A DNA stretch of 64,000 nucleotides from Eledone cirrhosa (Eukaryota). The notes beneath the pieces are model-generated. The model had not been told where the DNA came from, searched no databases, and saw only the letters and a list, made by a program, of their open reading frames with translations. The position numbers were made by a program, and so were the translations under genes. Positions within the stretch are counted from its first letter, which is position 1, and every line of letters starts with the position of its first letter. The DNA is taken from positions 161,262,001 to 161,326,000 of the forward strand of contig OZ024740.1 of the NCBI GenBank assembly GCA_964016885.1. The letters run 5' to 3'. Shown piece by piece: positions 48,095 to 60,509 of the stretch.

Positions 48095-50315
48095 ATAACA
48101 ACTAAGATACCGATACACTGTGTGCCTATATATGTGAATAAATTGTGAATATGTTAACATACATACTATTAAAAAACATACACTCATCCTCACTGAAACC
48201 ACAGATAGACTCGAGTACAACTCACCTTTATCTTAACAACCCGGGTTCGAGCTCACTGTGCGTCATTTTGAGCTAACTTGCAGTTAGCCCACCGAGAGTG
48301 AAAGAGCCCTAATTCCCATTAGGTCATCATATTAGGTGACAAAAACTCTAATAAAAAGACCTACAACTCGATTGTAGCCTATGATGTTGACTTGCTCTTT
48401 CTGAAAATACTCCAAGCACAACCTTCAGTTGATCTAAACGACTTTCACGTGTGTTCCCTGAGCATGGCCTTTTCTTCTTTCTTTCATTACAGCATATGCA
48501 GAAAGGAATCTAATTCCTTGGACGGGCTAAAAGATCATGTTTGTGCCACCTATTTATGATAAAAAGTTTAAGTGATTACAATTCTCGTAACCGCGATGCA
48601 GCCATTATGTATCTATGTATTTTGGGGCTTAGGGTTTTCGGAACACAATCGTAAGTTCAGTTGCCTGTGGAATGTAGTGTCCTTGATCAAGGCTTTTTAT
48701 TTTATGAAGCTCCAGTTCACTCATCTGGTAAAAATCAGTCGTACCTGTAATTCAAATGTCTAGCCTTGTCACATACTGTGTTACACTGAATCTTTCTGAG
48801 AACTACCTTAAATGTGTACGTGTCTATGAAATGTTTAATTGTATCATGTTAATTTCCCAAGCTATCGGAACACTCGTTGTCGGAACCGATTAAATTCCGA
48901 CACATGCATGCATTGGTGAATGGTTGATATATTAGTGAGAAATTCATGAAAAATAAGTGAATAGAACGAAACACACCTTGTGTTATATATTCCGCACAGA
49001 CGTTCCATTGCAATGCGTGGTATAAGTATGAATAAATATATATATATGAATATATAATCATAAGTCAGACATGAAGCCTCTTAACGGATCTTGTTCAGCG
49101 TTAATTATGTGTTACTTAGAAATAACTTTAGACCAAACAATTTGAAACGGAATGCCTGTGGGAGAAAACTGTCAAATCCAAAGTTTCCATACACCATATA
49201 GATTTTTAACTAATATAATTGAAACCACAAAACAACTAACAGCTGGATGTAATTTTCTTTCTCTCAATGCATAAAGCTTGGGAATTGCTACTAATATAAT
49301 ATGCAACAAGCTGTTTAGGTGCTTCTGTTTTTTTCTTTCTTCGAAATCATGAAAATATATCTAGACAGAAAATTATATAATAATAATAATTTCATTAGCC
49401 TCCAGAACCTGTATATATAATGCAATACACATTATAAATGCAGAGCAAACAAAGTTATATAAAAACTCAAGATTTTATATGAAACATAAACATGTTTAGG
49501 GTTACCCACCTACACACGAGTGGGATCCCACTAGTTACATCTAAGCGCAGTACCCTGAATTTCTACTTGTCCACTATATATTATATACTTTCAGAAATCC
49601 CCCGTAAATGTTGTTGTAACAAATGACCAGCCCTTTCCAGCCTCCATTTGGTTTTTCATCATCATAATAGATGAAGTGATACTCTTAGAAGGAGAAACTT
49701 GTGCATGTGCTAGCTTCTGAGACCAAGTGGGATTTAACCTTCTCTTCCATCTCTACATCAGCATGGTTTAGTTAAGGCATCGAGGAAGAAGTCGATTTTC
49801 CGGTCAAACTTGCAAATGCAACCGGTGGTATGACTGGTAGTACTACTGGAACAGTAGTCTAAGAAATTTGCTCGTTATATTTCGTTTCTTTAGCTCTTCG
49901 AACTAGAAAGTCCTCAAATGGCTTTTGCTGTAACAAGTATAGCAATTAGGGTTTCTGCACTACACCTTCAGACTTATTGCTTTTGAATTGGAGCCCATGA
50001 CACTTTACATTTCTGGAGTGGTAAGAAGTCACGAGGGATTGCGTGTCCATACTGACCCCTCCCGACCTCATATCATTACTCACTACTTTGATGCTGATTA
50101 GGTAACAATGATCTAGACATTAGTGATTCGATACTCCAGGCTGTTACACTTATGTTACATAACCCACTGTACTAGTGTACCAATGTAACGGCCTGGCTTC
50201 GTGCACTGCATCATCAATCTCATTACCAATCTGTTCGTATCCACAAAGAGACACACATCCAGAATGGTCAGGACTTGGATGTCCATGTAGACATCCTAAA
50301 CCATATGTTGTTTCT

Positions 50316-50370
<55 letters not shown>

Positions 50371-50539
50371 GGGGGGGCGTGTGTGTGTATTCGAGTAATC
50401 ATGTTAGGGAGACAAGATGTGTAAGGGGTAGCCGTATATATTCATGCTTGCTAGATTTATTGGCTAGCCCTCTAAATGCGTCAATCGCTTTTTGGCAGTC
50501 AGCGGGTTTTGTACTGGTTATTCATCGTATTTTCATTTT

Positions 50540-51218
50540 GGTCAATACTATGAACAAGGATCATGATGTTTTGAATACCGTGGTAAATGGAGATGATACG
50601 TGGATTTAATGGTACGACTGCGTAACTGAAGATCTGTCATCAGAATGGAAGCATCCAACGTCACCAAGACCCCAAATAATGCATGGCAGAAGATCAGCAA
50701 CGTCAAAGTGATCCTGGTTGTTTACTTCGCCTGCCGACGCGGGGTGTATAACGAATACGCACAAACAGTTATAAAGGACAAACAGTTATAAAGAAGTCTT
50801 ATCATGAAGTCTTCTGACATTTTTGTGTTGCAGTTCGGCGAAAAAGATTGGATCCGTGAGCCTCGCAAATCTGGCAACTGCACCATGATGGCTCCTCGGT
50901 TCATTCGCCATAGGTGATCCAAATTATCTCGCCAAAGAAATACAATTCGCTCATTTTCAAGGCTTTCTATTCTCCAAACATGTCTCTTTCTGATTTCGTG
51001 TTGTTCCCACAACTGTAAAACCACTAAAGGTTCATGCTTTGGGTGCCGAGAGGACATAATGCGGACTACGACGACGTAACTGGGAGCCATCCCAAACGAA
51101 GCATTTCAGACGTCCTTCAGTGGAAGGGTCGCTAAGCGAAGGGGATTAGCAATTGAAACCCACCATATACATAGATTTTCTCCAGTCTAATGTTGAATAC
51201 TTTTTCGACAGACCTCTT
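50540..51218 (+). mobile_element. Tc1/mariner transposase relic
   Basis: Decayed catalytic-domain motifs VNGDDTWI..YD, KVILVVYF..GV, HHDG..H and SP.MS.SDF..FP; a TIR-like end gaatactttttcgacagacctc followed by TA. Confidence 0.65.
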
Positions 51219-51322
51219 ATATATAGTTATATAATTAATTTCTTTAAAACCCAAATTTATTATTAAGGCATTCGAAGCTAAAGCAACAGAATGAATTATT
51301 CTTTATTAATAGCAAGACAAGG

Positions 51323-51535
51323 GGCGGTGGATGGGCAGTGTTGGTAGAGCGGCGATAAAATGATTTGTGGTATTTAGTTTCAACAATCTATGTTCTGGGT
51401 TCAAACGCCACCGAGGATAGCTTAGTCTTTCATCCTTACGAGGTCGATAGAATAAAGTACAAGTTTATTAGGGTGAATTTAATCAACTTTCTTTTTCTCT
51501 TCAAATTGCTGAACTTGTGACAAGGATAGAAACAA
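51323..51535 (+). mobile_element. SINE, dispersed family
   Basis: ggcggtggatgggcag...gttctgggttcaaacgccaccgagg...ttcatccttacgaggtcgatagaataaagtac. Confidence 0.72.
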
Positions 51536-52189
51536 TTAATGGTAAGACTCCAATCTAACAAATTATTTTTTATCTCTAGAAATATATTGGGTCGTCAAGT
51601 ATGAAATTTGTAGAAATTTATAGAAAAAAAAAACAATTTCTACAAATTTTATACTTGACGAGCCAATATTTCTAAATCTTTGCAAATCCAAGATAATAAG
51701 TTCAAGGTGTCAAAATGTCACTCGACTTCGGTAACACATATTCAAAAGCTCCTTCGCCAGAAATCATTTGACATCTACAAAAGTTCATTAAAAAAATAAA
51801 AAATCAGAAATAATCAAAGCAAAAATTCAGAAATGATACAGAAAATTTTCGAAAATATTTGGAAGAAAAAATTGTGAAAAGTACAAAAATACTTACAATC
51901 AGATTTTTTAAAAAAGCAATAAATGGTGTACACTGTGTATGTAATGTCAAAATTTGCTTGAAAATATTGTAGGAAAATATTGTAGAAAAATATTGTAGGA
52001 AAATATTGATATTCATACATAAACTACTATGTAGTGAGAGTTTAAACAAGAAAGAAAAATAAGTTTTTTTAATATAAACAAATTTTATGGTAACTAGGTA
52101 ACATACAAATAGTTACTGTTTGAAAATATATAAATATGAAACTATCTCCATATTTATATATATGTGTGTGTGTGTGTAGTGTATTTACA

Positions 52190-52581
52190 TGAGTTTGTTG
52201 CGCATCCACCGTAGTTTGTGCTCTTATCTCGCTGCATGGCACACATTGAACAAGTGTCTTTAACTAGCCCCTCGGGTTGATCAATGACTTGTAAGTGGAA
52301 TTTAGTAGACAAAAATTGCAAAACGCCGTTACACACACACACACATTATATATATAGATGTGTGTGGGGTGGGTGGGGGCTGTTAGTGTGTTTCTTTTCG
52401 CTCAAAGTTATTACTTGGAATAGTGATTCAAACATTTTCTTTTACGCTGGTCATAACGTTGTGCGCGGCATTGAAACCAATTGTTATGCCAAGTGTACAA
52501 GTAATTCTCGAAAGGTACTCCCTCGAGTTGATCAATGACTTGTAGGTGGAATTTAGTAGACAGAAATTGCAAAACGCCGTT

Positions 52582-52582
<1 letters not shown>
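52190..52582 (+). mobile_element. Two copies of a second SINE family ending in (CA)n
   Basis: cctcg(g/a)gttgatcaatgacttgta(a/g)gtggaatttagtagaca.aaattgcaaaacgccgttacaca at about 52270 and 52521. Confidence 0.6.
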
Positions 52583-52642
<60 letters not shown>

Positions 52643-52710
52643 AACACACACACACGTATATATATATACAAAGTGTTAAAACAATCAAATCCTTAGTTTA
52701 ATACATTTAT

Positions 52711-52760
52711 TTGCTGACAATTGTTTCTTCCAGAGGGAAGTCTGGAATCATCGGAGTATA
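52711..52760 (-). ncRNA. Hammerhead family I (CCGATGA variant)
   Basis: Minus strand reads act CCGATGA ttccaga-cttccc-tctggaa GAA ACAATTGT C agc. It has a 7-bp stem II, a palindromic stem III and a GUC site. Confidence 0.7.
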
Positions 52761-52913
52761 GGGAATGTATCACGGCTCTGTAAAACACTTGATAATTTAC
52801 ATTGAACCTTTTGAAATACCGGAACTGGCTAGTACTTAGTACTACCCTCCATATTTATAATTGTATATTAAACATATATAAGTATAAATATTCTTATTAC
52901 TATATATATATAC

Positions 52914-53009
<96 letters not shown>

Positions 53010-53449
53010 AAAGAGTCAGGACCCCGACGGGTGAACTCCGAACGTTTCTATTTGGATGATAGAAGATTCCTATATGTTCCTGATACGAGCTTTATGTCTG
53101 TTGACAAGAAGGACCTAATTACTAATTAGAAAACAATTTTCATCGGTCAAAGATCAGAATCTCACTAAGCTAATTTATTAATCTAGCAATGGTTATCAGT
53201 CTCCGTACAGCTCAATATTTCCCCTTAATTTTTCCACACAATATGCCTTCTTTCCACATTACACATACTTGAAATTGCAATGAATTCTGGTACGCATTCT
53301 TAACCTCTCCGTTTTCAAAAAGATGTATTTTTACCGGAAATATTAGATTTTTACATGCATATGGTAAATGTTTGTCTTTATTTATATTTTATCTTTCCGT
53401 AACACAGCATAGTAACCCACTCATATATGTATGTATGTTTGTTTGTTTG

Positions 53450-53493
<44 letters not shown>

Positions 53494-53699
53494 TTACGGA
53501 AAGATAATACATATATATGTATGGGGGGGGATAACAAGTTATCGTTATAGGTAATCCAGTTAGAGGTTGTGAGTACTCTGCGTCGTGGATAGTTTTAATG
53601 TATGGCTTTGTTTGACTCCACAAGATGTTTCCATAGTTATGCAGCGAGTTCGCGGTAATTTCTATGCAGGTTATACTTGGAGTAATAATAGTTAAAGAA

Positions 53700-55542
53700 T
53701 GAAGAGTAACATGGTTGGCTGTACAATAAGGGGCTTTATTTAAAGTACTGACAATTGTTTCGTTGAGTCTAGAGTTCGCTAATCGCTTGAAGTTGCGTCA
53801 CTCGATCTCCAATACATTATTTACCTCTGGTCAACACATCAGAGTACGTAGATATGAAAATAATTCACTCGAGGCAAGACATATATAGAAAAATAGCGTA
53901 TAATCAAAACAATAACATCAATAATAAAACATATATGGTAAATAGATAGAGAAGTTACAGATGTAAAAAGTAAAAAGTAAAAGATAAGATGGGGGAACAT
54001 TAAAAAAGTAAGAGAATGAGAAAATGGAAAATATAAAGAAAGAAATAAGGATAAGTGAGAGCGTGTAAGTACATAGTATGTTAGTAGTTGTTTTGAGTAA
54101 GTGTTCTTATAAGGATTCATTGGTGGGTTTAGTGCTAACATGAAAAAAAAACAGATTCTAGATGTACATAGATACGTGTAGAGGGTGCGATGTAGTGACA
54201 GATAAAAGAAAAAACAATAAATTAGAGATTAATTGGTGGATACATGTATGAGATTTATGGGCTAGGGATGACGAGACGTTTGATAAACGCTTGTTGTAAA
54301 CGTTTTGCTGATTGTTCTATCTTAATGGGGTTGATGTTGTTTCAGGGAGAGAGGGTGAAAGCGATGTTCAGAGATTTATGATCCAGTGGCCAGTTGGCCG
54401 TTTGACAGCTAATAGCAGTGCGATGGTGTGTATTCTATATGTTAAAATCTAGGTGGTTCAGTTCTAATTTTGGGATTGCTGGTTCAAATCACGTGGTTTG
54501 AAGTTTGTGAATCTAGTAGCTATTTTATCCCTACAGAAAATTGATCCTTCTATTTTGCTGTTAAGCAACATCCCTCGATGCCTTCGAACTCGACCCCATG
54601 AACATGATAAGTGGAACTAAATTAAATAAACGGACACATCACAACAAATTGCAAAACGACATACACTACTAAAAAACTATGCTACACCAACTGTATTATA
54701 GTAAAAGCAGACAAAACATCAAACGTATACACCATGAGCCTCATTACATACAAAAGTTTTATGCGCCGGGAATTGCACAAAAAATACAAAAACAATAGAA
54801 TCTGCACTCACTAGCATTAATAAGGAAGGACTTAGCATAGTAAAACAACTGAAAATATCTGATAGAACCGAGCCTCTATCCCCTTGTAACGTCACATTTA
54901 ACCTAAAGGATCACAAAAATAATTTCGAAATAGCCCCACAATTAGATTAATATGCCCATCTAAGTCGGATATCGGTAGAATTAGCAAGCATAAGTATATA
55001 CTAGATAGAGTAATCGCACAAACTAAGGACAAACTAGTAATTAAGCTATGGGGTAACACTAACGAAGACTGGTTCAGCAAAATAAACAGTAGAGAAACAT
55101 CTAACTTCGTACAGCTCGACATTAATGACTACTACTCATCCATATCCCCAGTCACCCTGGGTAACGCGCTAACCTTTGCCCAGAAAAATTCGGACCTTAC
55201 CTCGGACGAAATTAAAATAATACTAGCTGCTAGAAGGACTATCATTAGATTCGAAATTAGTTACTGGGAACGAAATGACAGACAGAATAGCTTCGATATC
55301 ACAATGGATTCTAACGACTCAGCGCAGGTAACGGACTTGGTAGGAATATATATAGCGCACAACTTACATAAGGAATTCAATAACCTCCTCCAAGGAGGAA
55401 TTTACAGAGACGATACACTCCTTCTAGCCAAAGACTTAAATAATCAAAACAGAAAAATTACGAAAAACCATTAGAGTATTCTTCAACAAACTAGGCCTAG
55501 GTATCACTTTCGAACTTAACTCTACAAAAGCAAATTTCTTAG
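53700..55542 (+). mobile_element. Decayed PLE-5 (YRDD-type RT at ~54690-55542) with probable inverted pLTR upstream
   Basis: Pieces IVKADKTSNVY, LKDHK, RLICPSKSDIGRISK, QLDINDYYSSI, FDITMDSNDSAQVTDLVG, GIYRDD and ANFLD, cut off by (AAT)n. A broken HHR (GAAACAATTGTC) lies on the minus strand at about 53745-53815. Confidence 0.75.

Positions 55543-55624
<82 letters not shown>
55543..55624. repeat. (AAT)n microsatellite
   Basis: Directly visible. Confidence 0.98.
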
Positions 55625-55789
55625 GGGAAGAAGACGCACGAGGTGACGGAGGTCATGAAATCGCTCCCGTAAGTTTTGAATTTTTAACATATTTAAATCA
55701 TTTGTGAAATAACAACTCTTAGTACAAATGCTACGTAAAGCACCCGGCTTGAGCCCCAAAAAATTCGGACCCAAAATATATTGTTATAA

Positions 55790-56441
55790 GGCTCAAATAT
55801 TCAAATATTCAACTTTGTATTGTACACTGTATATCCAAAAAAAAATGGCTATAAATGGAAGAAGAAGAACCCCCCCCCCCCTCCTCTCCTCTGGCTACAC
55901 TATATAGGACAGCTAAACTCACCAACACCAGAAACTAGATACACCGCCCACCCCATCATCTGTGTACACTAAACACAACAGCATTTTCACCTTCACCGCC
56001 ACCGCTCACTACGGCCATCATTACCACCACTATCCCATCACCGCCGCCACCACCCCTTGACTCCTTCACTGCTGCTGCCTCCGCTACAGCACCATCACTA
56101 CAGTAATACGGCTCAAATATTCAAATATTCAACTTTGTATTGTACACTGTATATCCAAAAAAAAAAAAAATAAAATGGCTATAAATGGAAGAAGAAGAAC
56201 CCCCCCCCCCCTCCTCTCCTCTGGCTACACTATATAGGACAGCGAAACTCACCAACACCAGAAACTAGATACACCACCCACCCCATCATCTGTGTACACT
56301 AAACACAACAGCATTTTCACCTTCACCGCCACCGCTCACTACGGCCATCATTACCACCACTATCCCATCACCGCCGCCACCACCCCCTGACTCCTTCACT
56401 GCTGCTGCCACCGCTACAGCACCATCACTACAGTAATACGG
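55790..56441 (+). repeat. ~320-bp near-identical tandem duplication
   Basis: Units beginning ggctcaaatattcaaatattc start at 55790 and 56110. Confidence 0.92.
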
Positions 56442-57010
56442 TCGCATCACCGCCACCACTGCCTCGGTATCGACATCACCGCCACCACTGTCTCAGTATC
56501 GCCAACGCCGCTAGTCTCTGCTGGCTACCACTTCCACATTATAGAATTCCTACTACTAACAAAGAGGAAGGCATCAAAATATATAGATAGACTCAAAAGA
56601 AAAAAGAAAAAACAAACAACAAAAGCAGCACAGCAACAACAGTAAAAAACGAGAAAAACAGAGAAAAACAAAAACAAAAAAAGAAACCCCAAAAACGTAA
56701 AGAAAATAAGAATGAAGAGAGAAGCAGGCGGACGGACAGAGAAGAGGGGGGAAAAAGTAAAACTTAAAAAACAAAAACTAAGTCAGACATTCGAATACTA
56801 CATTACAATGAAACTTATGCTTATTCATTTTTGGGGCCCTTTCTGCCCGTGTGTTTGTTTGTTTATGTGTGTCCGTATACAGCGTGGTGATAATGCCACA
56901 CAAGGGCCAAGTGGGATGGCGGATCCACAGATGGCTATGTAAACATACATTCGCCAATCCTCGATAAGAGTGTTTAAATATCGAACATAAACAGTTCGAA
57001 TAACGGTGAA

Positions 57011-60000
57011 ATGGAGACTAGAACGTCATGTGACAGACTCTCACCCAACAGGTGCCCCCTGGCTCAGCAGCAGGAACCTGACTGTCAACGAAATACTGCT
57101 GATGTTGGAGGAAGAAGAAGAAGGAAAGGGGCCAGAACCAACTGGACGAAAGAATTGAATAGAACTGTTATGCAATGCTACCTGAAAAGTAACCCCAAGG
57201 AGAGGGGCTACAGGAGACGGATGCATAACATCTGGAACGACATTGGTTTATTTAAATTAGATGAACAAAAATTGGCCGGGCAGGCTCGGGTAATAAGAAC
57301 TAATGGGTGGATAAGCGAGCTGGAACTGGAGGAACTGAGCAGAGAGAATGGCTTGGAGATGGCGGGTGTAGTATGCCAGACAAGCGAGCCGGCGGGAAAT
57401 GAAGGTGAGGAGGTCCTGAGAGCGGAGGAACCACCCGAAGCAGACAATGATCTGAATACTGAGATAAATAATACCTGGAACAGAGATACGGCCACTGAGG
57501 AGATGAATGCTGACGGGCTAGGACAAGATTCGGTTGACATCCTAAATTTAGTGGTAGATGAGTTGAACAATGATAGTGGGAGACCTATGAACCTAAGATT
57601 TGTAGACAGGAAAAAGTTAAAAGAAACAACAGCTAAGGTAAACAAAGTCATCCCATACCTTGAGGCGAGGAGTCTTCACCAGTGCAACAATATCCTCAAA
57701 GCAACAGCAAATACGGTGAGGAAACTACTTGGTATAAAAGCGAGAGGAAACAACAGACAAGAAAGAGCAGAGCCGTGGTGGAAGAAGCGACTGAGTGGGC
57801 AAATCGGGGAAATGAGAAATGACATAGGAAAGCTTGAGTCACTACTGAATGGGACACTAAAAAACATAGGCACTAAAAATAGACTGGAAATAAAATACAA
57901 AACTAGGAGTAAAAAGCTAAATATTATCATAGAGGAATTGAAGCAACGCATTGTAGCAAAGAGTGCCAAAATCAGGCGATACGAGAACAGAGTCAGTCAG
58001 TATAAACAGAACCGCATGTTCGACAACAACCAGAAGATGCTGTTTGGACAGCTTGAGGGGAAAGAAAGAGGCACCGACTTGATCCCTGGGGCGGAACAAG
58101 CTAAAACATTCTGGAGAGGAATATGGGAGCAGGATGTTAGACACAATGCCCAGGCAGGGTGGATTGAGACAGTACAGAGGGAGATCGGTGAGCAGGCACA
58201 GCAACAGACTGATTTGAGTATCACAGTTGAAACTCTTAAGGGGCAAGCCAAAAAACTAACCAACTGGAAACCACCAGGCCCAGATGGTGTGCAGGGGTAT
58301 TGGATTAAACATTTAACATCCCTCCACCCGAAGCTGACGGCCATGTTCAATGACTGCTTGGTGTCGGGTGAGGTGCCAGAGTGGTTGACAAAAGGTACCA
58401 CAGTTCTGATAATGAAAGACCGAATCAAGGGTAATGATGTTACCAACTATAGACCTATCACATGTCTGCCCGTAATGTGGAAACTGTTGACGAGATTGTG
58501 TCTGAGGAAATCTACCATCACCTCCACACAAACAACTTGTTGCCGGACGAACAGAAAGGATGCCGAAAGAAGTCACGTGGTACAAAGGACCAGTTGCTTA
58601 TTGATAAGATGGTAATGGGGAATTGCAGGAGGAGACACACTGATCTTGCCATGGGATGGATAGACTACAGAAAGGCATTTGACATGGTGCCTCATTCCTG
58701 GATCACCAAAAGCCTGGAGATCTTCAGGGTGGCAGATAACATCAGACAGTTGCTGGGCAGGAGTATGGGGTCCTGGGAGACAGAGTTGACATCAACTGGA
58801 GTATCCTTGGGAAGCGTGAAGATCAAGAGAGGTATCTTCCAGGGAGATAGCCTGTCCCCTCTGTTGTTTCTCCTTGCCCTGATGCCCTTGACCATTATGC
58901 TGCGAAATGTGAGAGCAGGATACAAGTTGGGAAGGGGAGAGCTTACCATCAATCACCTCCTCTTCATGGACGATCTTAAGCTCTTCGGGAAAAGTGAGAA
59001 GGAGTTGGATGTGCTTGTTGACACTGTCCGTATTTTCAGCAGTGATATATGTATGCAGTTTGGTATTGGTAAATGTGGAGTCATTGTGATGAGGAGGGGT
59101 AGGTTGAGCAGAAGTAACGGGATCCAGATACCAACAGGTGAGATGATAAAGGAAATTGACTCTGAGGAAGGATACAAGTATTTGGGCGTTCTGGAGGCTG
59201 ATGGCATAAAGAACAAAAAAATGAAGGAATTGTTAAGAACTGAATACATTCGGAGAGTAAGGAGCGTATTGAAGTCACATCTGAACAGCAGAAATGCCAT
59301 AAGCGCAGTAAATTCCCGAGCTGTGTCTATTATTAGGTACAGTGCGGGAATTCTGAGATGGAATGTTGCTGAACAAAAAGAAATGGATAGGAAGACTAGA
59401 AAGCTATTGACTATCTACAACATGTTCCACAAGAGGAGTGATGTCGATAGACTCTACCTAAGGAGATCTGAGGGTGGAAGAGGTCTTATCAGCATAGAGG
59501 ACTGTGTTCAGATGGAGAAAAACAACCTATACAAATACGTGACCTATAGTAAGGAGCCAATGCTCAGAGCTGTACTGCAGGAGGGGACAGTAGGCCAGGG
59601 GATACCCAAGGAGGAAATAACATCAAGGAGGAAGAGCAGCCTTAAGGGAAAATCCCTTCATAGTACCTTCTTTGAGAAAACTGAATTTAGAGATCCACAG
59701 ACATGGAACTGGTTGAGAAGAGGAGACCTCAAAAAGGCTACAGAAGGAATGCTAATGGCTGCGCAGGAGCAGGCCCTCAAAACGAAGTGGTTGAAGCACC
59801 ATATCTACAAGGAGGAGGCTAGCCCACTGTGCAGGATCTGTGGAGAGAGAGAGGAGACTGTGGCTCACATTGTGTCCGAGTGTAAACACCTAGCCCAGAC
59901 CCACTATAAGGGCTGGAGACACGATGTGATGGGCAGGGTGATCCACTGGCACCTGTGCAAAGTAAACAATCTACCACATTCTGAGAAATGGTATGAGCAT

Positions 60001-60402
60001 AGGCCAGAGGCTGTGATGGAGAACAGTCAGGTGAAGGTGCTGTGGGATTTTAGGATACAGACGGACAAAAAACTGGAACACAATAGACCTGACCTGGTGG
60101 TTGTGGACAAAGAAAAAAGATCGTGCCTGATTGTGGATGTGGCCTGCCCGTTCGACACGAGAGTGCAAGAGAAGGAGAGGGAGAAAATTAACCGATACCA
60201 GGACCTAAAGTGGGAGGTGAAAAGGATTTGGAACTGCCATGAAGTCAAAGTGATCCCGATTGTCATAGGCGCACTGGGGACTATCTCCAAAGGTTTCCAG
60301 GGATGGTTAAAGAAAATCGGCCCCTTCACGCTTTTTGGAACGCTTCAAAAGGCATGCTTGCTTGGAACGGCAAGAACCCTCCGATACGTCCTGAATATCT
60401 GA
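57011..60402 (+). CDS. R4/Dong RT + CCHC zinc finger + restriction-like endonuclease; one frameshift near 58490
   Basis: N-terminal WT.E.N..VM.CY...GYRRRM..IW...[10 protein letters not shown]; RT motifs [43 protein letters not shown] and YKYLG; C-terminal CRIC...H...C, RHD, LWDF, RPDLVV, DVACP and EKI.RY. Confidence 0.92.
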
Positions 60403-60509
60403 GGCTGCAGGTAGTGGCTTGATATTCAATCCAACGGACTTTCCAGTTAACCAACATCAATGACTGAGATTCAAGGAATAACAATAACAATAATAATAAT
60501 AATAATAAT

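Larger units (their letters stand above)
55625..60509 (+). mobile_element. R4/Dong-clade non-LTR retrotransposon flanked by (AAT)n (5' boundary uncertain)
   Basis: A single RT-RLE ORF with a short 3' UTR and (AAT)n at 60477-60509; upstream (AAT)n at 55543-55624. Confidence 0.8.

Noticed and set aside
49600-50060. Complex, exon-like sequence, possibly a host exon
   Set aside because: There is no sustained ORF, recognisable motif or confident splice signal; a related repeat at about 13375 and 49497 lies next to it.
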